32,000 nt of DNA. Source: Cereibacter sphaeroides 2.4.1. Its GTDB lineage: Bacteria > Pseudomonadota > Alphaproteobacteria > Rhodobacterales > Rhodobacteraceae. Position numbers and translations under genes: made by a program. Below are positions 30,539 through 32,000 of this stretch, in pieces. Location: positions 870,001-902,000 of the forward strand of contig NC_007493.2 in NCBI RefSeq assembly GCF_000012905.2. The letters run 5' to 3'. The notes beneath the pieces are model-generated. The model was given only the letters and a program-made list of their open reading frames with translations. It had not been told where the DNA came from and ran no database searches. Numbering within the stretch: the stretch's first letter is position 1; each line of letters begins with the position of its first letter.

Positions 30539-32000
30539 ATGCCGGAGAGAGACGAGCCGCTCGAGCCGCTCACGCGGGCGGGGCTGAACCTGATCCAGCA
30601 GGCGCTGTCGATCTATGACAGCGACCTCAAGCTCGCGGTCTGGAACCGCCGCTTCCGCGAGATGTTCGACCTGCCCGAGCGGCTGGCCAGCTCCGGCGCG
30701 GATTTCACCGAGACGATCCGCTATCTCGTCGAGCGCGGCGAATACGGCCCCGTCGAGGATGCCGACGAGGCGGTGCGCATCCGCGTCGCCGCCGCGCGCA
30801 CCTTCCAGCCGCATTACATGGAGCGCGAGCGGCCCTCCGGGCGCTGGATCTCGGTCGAGGGCGCGCCGCTGCCGCAGGGCGGCTGGGTCACGGTCTATAC
30901 CGACATCACCGAGATCAAGCTGCAGGAGAGCCTGCTGCGCGCCCGGTCCGAGGTTCTGTCGGGCGAGGTGCTGGCCCATGCCGAGCGGCTGGCGCAGGCC
31001 AACCGCGCGCTCGCCGCAACCAACGCCGCGCTGGAAGAGGCGCAGCGCGAGCTGACCGAGATGGAGGCGCGCACCCGCCTGACCACCGAGATGATGCCCG
31101 CCCACATCGCCCATGTCGGCCGCGATCTGCGCTATACCTATTCCAACCGTCGCCTGTCGCAGGTGATCCCCGGCCGGCCGTCCGACATTCTCGGCCTCAC
31201 CGGGCGCGAGGCTCTGGGCGAGGGGCTCTTCGCCCGCATCCGCCCGTGCCTGCTCCGCGCGCTCGAGGGCGAGGCCTCGGTGCTCGAATTCTCCGACGAG
31301 GACAGCGGCTCGCGCATCCGCGCGGCCTTCACCCCCGACCGCACCGGCGACGGGCCGATCAATGGCGTCTATATCCTGTCGATGGATGTCACCGCCGAGA
31401 CGCAGGCGCGCGAGGCGCTTATCCAGACCCGCAAGCGCGAGCTGACGGCGCAGCTCACCTCGGGGCTCGCCCATGATTTCGCCAACCTCTTGACCGTCAT
31501 CCTCGGGCTGCAGGGCCGGCTCGAGCGGATGGACCTGCCCGAGGAGGGCCGCCAGTTGGTCGCGGCCACCGTGGCCGCGGCGCGGCGCGGGGGCGGGCTT
31601 CTCGACCAGATCGCCTCGATCTCGGGCAAGCGGGCGCTGAAGCCCACCGCCACGGAGCTCGCGCGGTTCCTCGCCGACCTGCGGCTCATGGCAGGCCCGA
31701 CCCTGCCCGAGGGGGTGGCGCTCGAGATCGCCATGCCCGAGCCGATCCCGCCGGTGATGCTCGATGCGGGCGGGCTGCAGGATGCGGCGCTGAACCTCAT
31801 CCTGAATGCGCGCGATGCGATCGGGCCCGCGGGCGGCACCATCCGCCTGACGGCGCGCCCCGTGCGCGACGCCTGGATCGAGATCCTCGTCGAGGATGAC
31901 GGGCCGGGCTTCACCGAGGCGGCGCTCGAACGGGCGCTCGATCCGTTCTTCACCACCAAGGGCGGCATGGGTTCGGGGCTGGGCCTCTCGATGGTCTACG
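30539..32000 (+). CDS. Cytoplasmic sensor histidine kinase with two PAS-like domains (3' end outside the window)
   Basis: It is not in the ORF track because no stop occurs before the window end. The ATG at 30539 is preceded by GGGAGGA with a 6-nt spacer. The product starts MPERDEPLEPLTRAGLNLIQQALSIYDSDLKLAVWNRRFREMF... and has PAS, coiled-coil and second PAS regions. It has H-box LAHDFANLL, N-box LNLILNARDA, G1 EDDGPGF and G2 GSGLGLS. No TM segment is visible. Confidence 0.88.
   Translation, partial: MPERDEPLEPLTRAGLNLIQQALSIYDSDLKLAVWNRRFREMFDLPERLASSGADFTETIRYLVERGEYGPVEDADEAVRIRVAAARTFQPHYMERERPSGRWISVEGAPLPQGGWVTVYTDITEIKLQESLLRARSEVLSGEVLAHAERLAQANRALAATNAALEEAQRELTEMEARTRLTTEMMPAHIAHVGRDLRYTYSNRRLSQVIPGRPSDILGLTGREALGEGLFARIRPCLLRALEGEASVLEFSDEDSGSRIRAAFTPDRTGDGPINGVYILSMDVTAETQAREALIQTRKRELTAQLTSGLAHDFANLLTVILGLQGRLERMDLPEEGRQLVAATVAAARRGGGLLDQIASISGKRALKPTATELARFLADLRLMAGPTLPEGVALEIAMPEPIPPVMLDAGGLQDAALNLILNARDAIGPAGGTIRLTARPVRDAWIEILVEDDGPGFTEAALERALDPFFTTKGGMGSGLGLSMVY

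Noticed and set aside
30305-31474. 389-aa minus-strand ORF, and the + ORFs 30615..31055 and 31246..31476
   Set aside because: They are antisense to, or out of frame with, the open-ended histidine kinase frame, which carries the H, N, G1 and G2 boxes.
1-32000. Mobile elements, prophage, integrase or transposase genes, and a foreign-DNA island
   Set aside because: No ORF shows transposase, integrase or phage hallmarks. Codon usage and G+C look uniform except in short intergenic patches, and there are no long terminal inverted or direct repeats.

Overview
High-G+C, densely coding chromosomal window. Gene content looks alphaproteobacterial and Rhodobacter/Cereibacter-like; that is an inference from composition and content, not a search result.

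I can support 29 protein-coding genes (the last is cut by the window end), one RNase P RNA gene, two candidate small ORFs absent from or hidden in the ORF track, a three-copy dispersed hairpin+GGATATTTGG element, and several local structures and repeats.

Layout:
- 299-4030 (+): ABCB-type exporter and an acyl-CoA synthetase.
- 15191 down to 4403 (-): one long co-directional block. It runs rluB, a 27-aa micro-ORF, an XpaC-like gene, telA, a DUF2927-like lipoprotein, a membrane protein, a 62-aa ORF, an SPFH/YdjI-like protein with a GYF tail, a YdjG-like double zinc-ribbon protein, a DedA/YqaA protein, long-form purC, a PfkB kinase and dtd.
- 15525-21112: tadA, a UPF0173 hydrolase, a ceramidase-like protein, gatCA, an Excalibur lipoprotein, an AmpD-like amidase and rnpB.
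- 29978 down to 21189 (-): a seven-gene operon-like array. A FadD-like ligase is followed by LivG-, LivH- and LivM-like genes, a solute-binding protein, a LivF-like gene and a PaaK-like ligase.
- 30539 to the window end (+): a divergent cytoplasmic double-PAS histidine kinase.

Most interesting items:
1. The juxtaposition of the XpaC-TelA and YdjG/YdjI(SPFH) membrane-stress modules with DedA, two unknown envelope proteins and two small ORFs in one tightly spaced block.
2. The dispersed structured repeat, which shows a compensatory stem change.
3. A leader hairpin that sequesters the ribosome-binding site of the ligase/ABC operon.
4. A 288-nt atypical spacer with a hexamer repeat inside that operon.
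5. The repeat- and hairpin-rich 560-bp divergent control region.

No transposase, integrase, CRISPR array, tRNA or rRNA gene is visible. Many long ORFs in the track are antisense or off-frame artefacts of the high G+C content. All function calls rest on motifs I recognise in the translations; no database search was possible.
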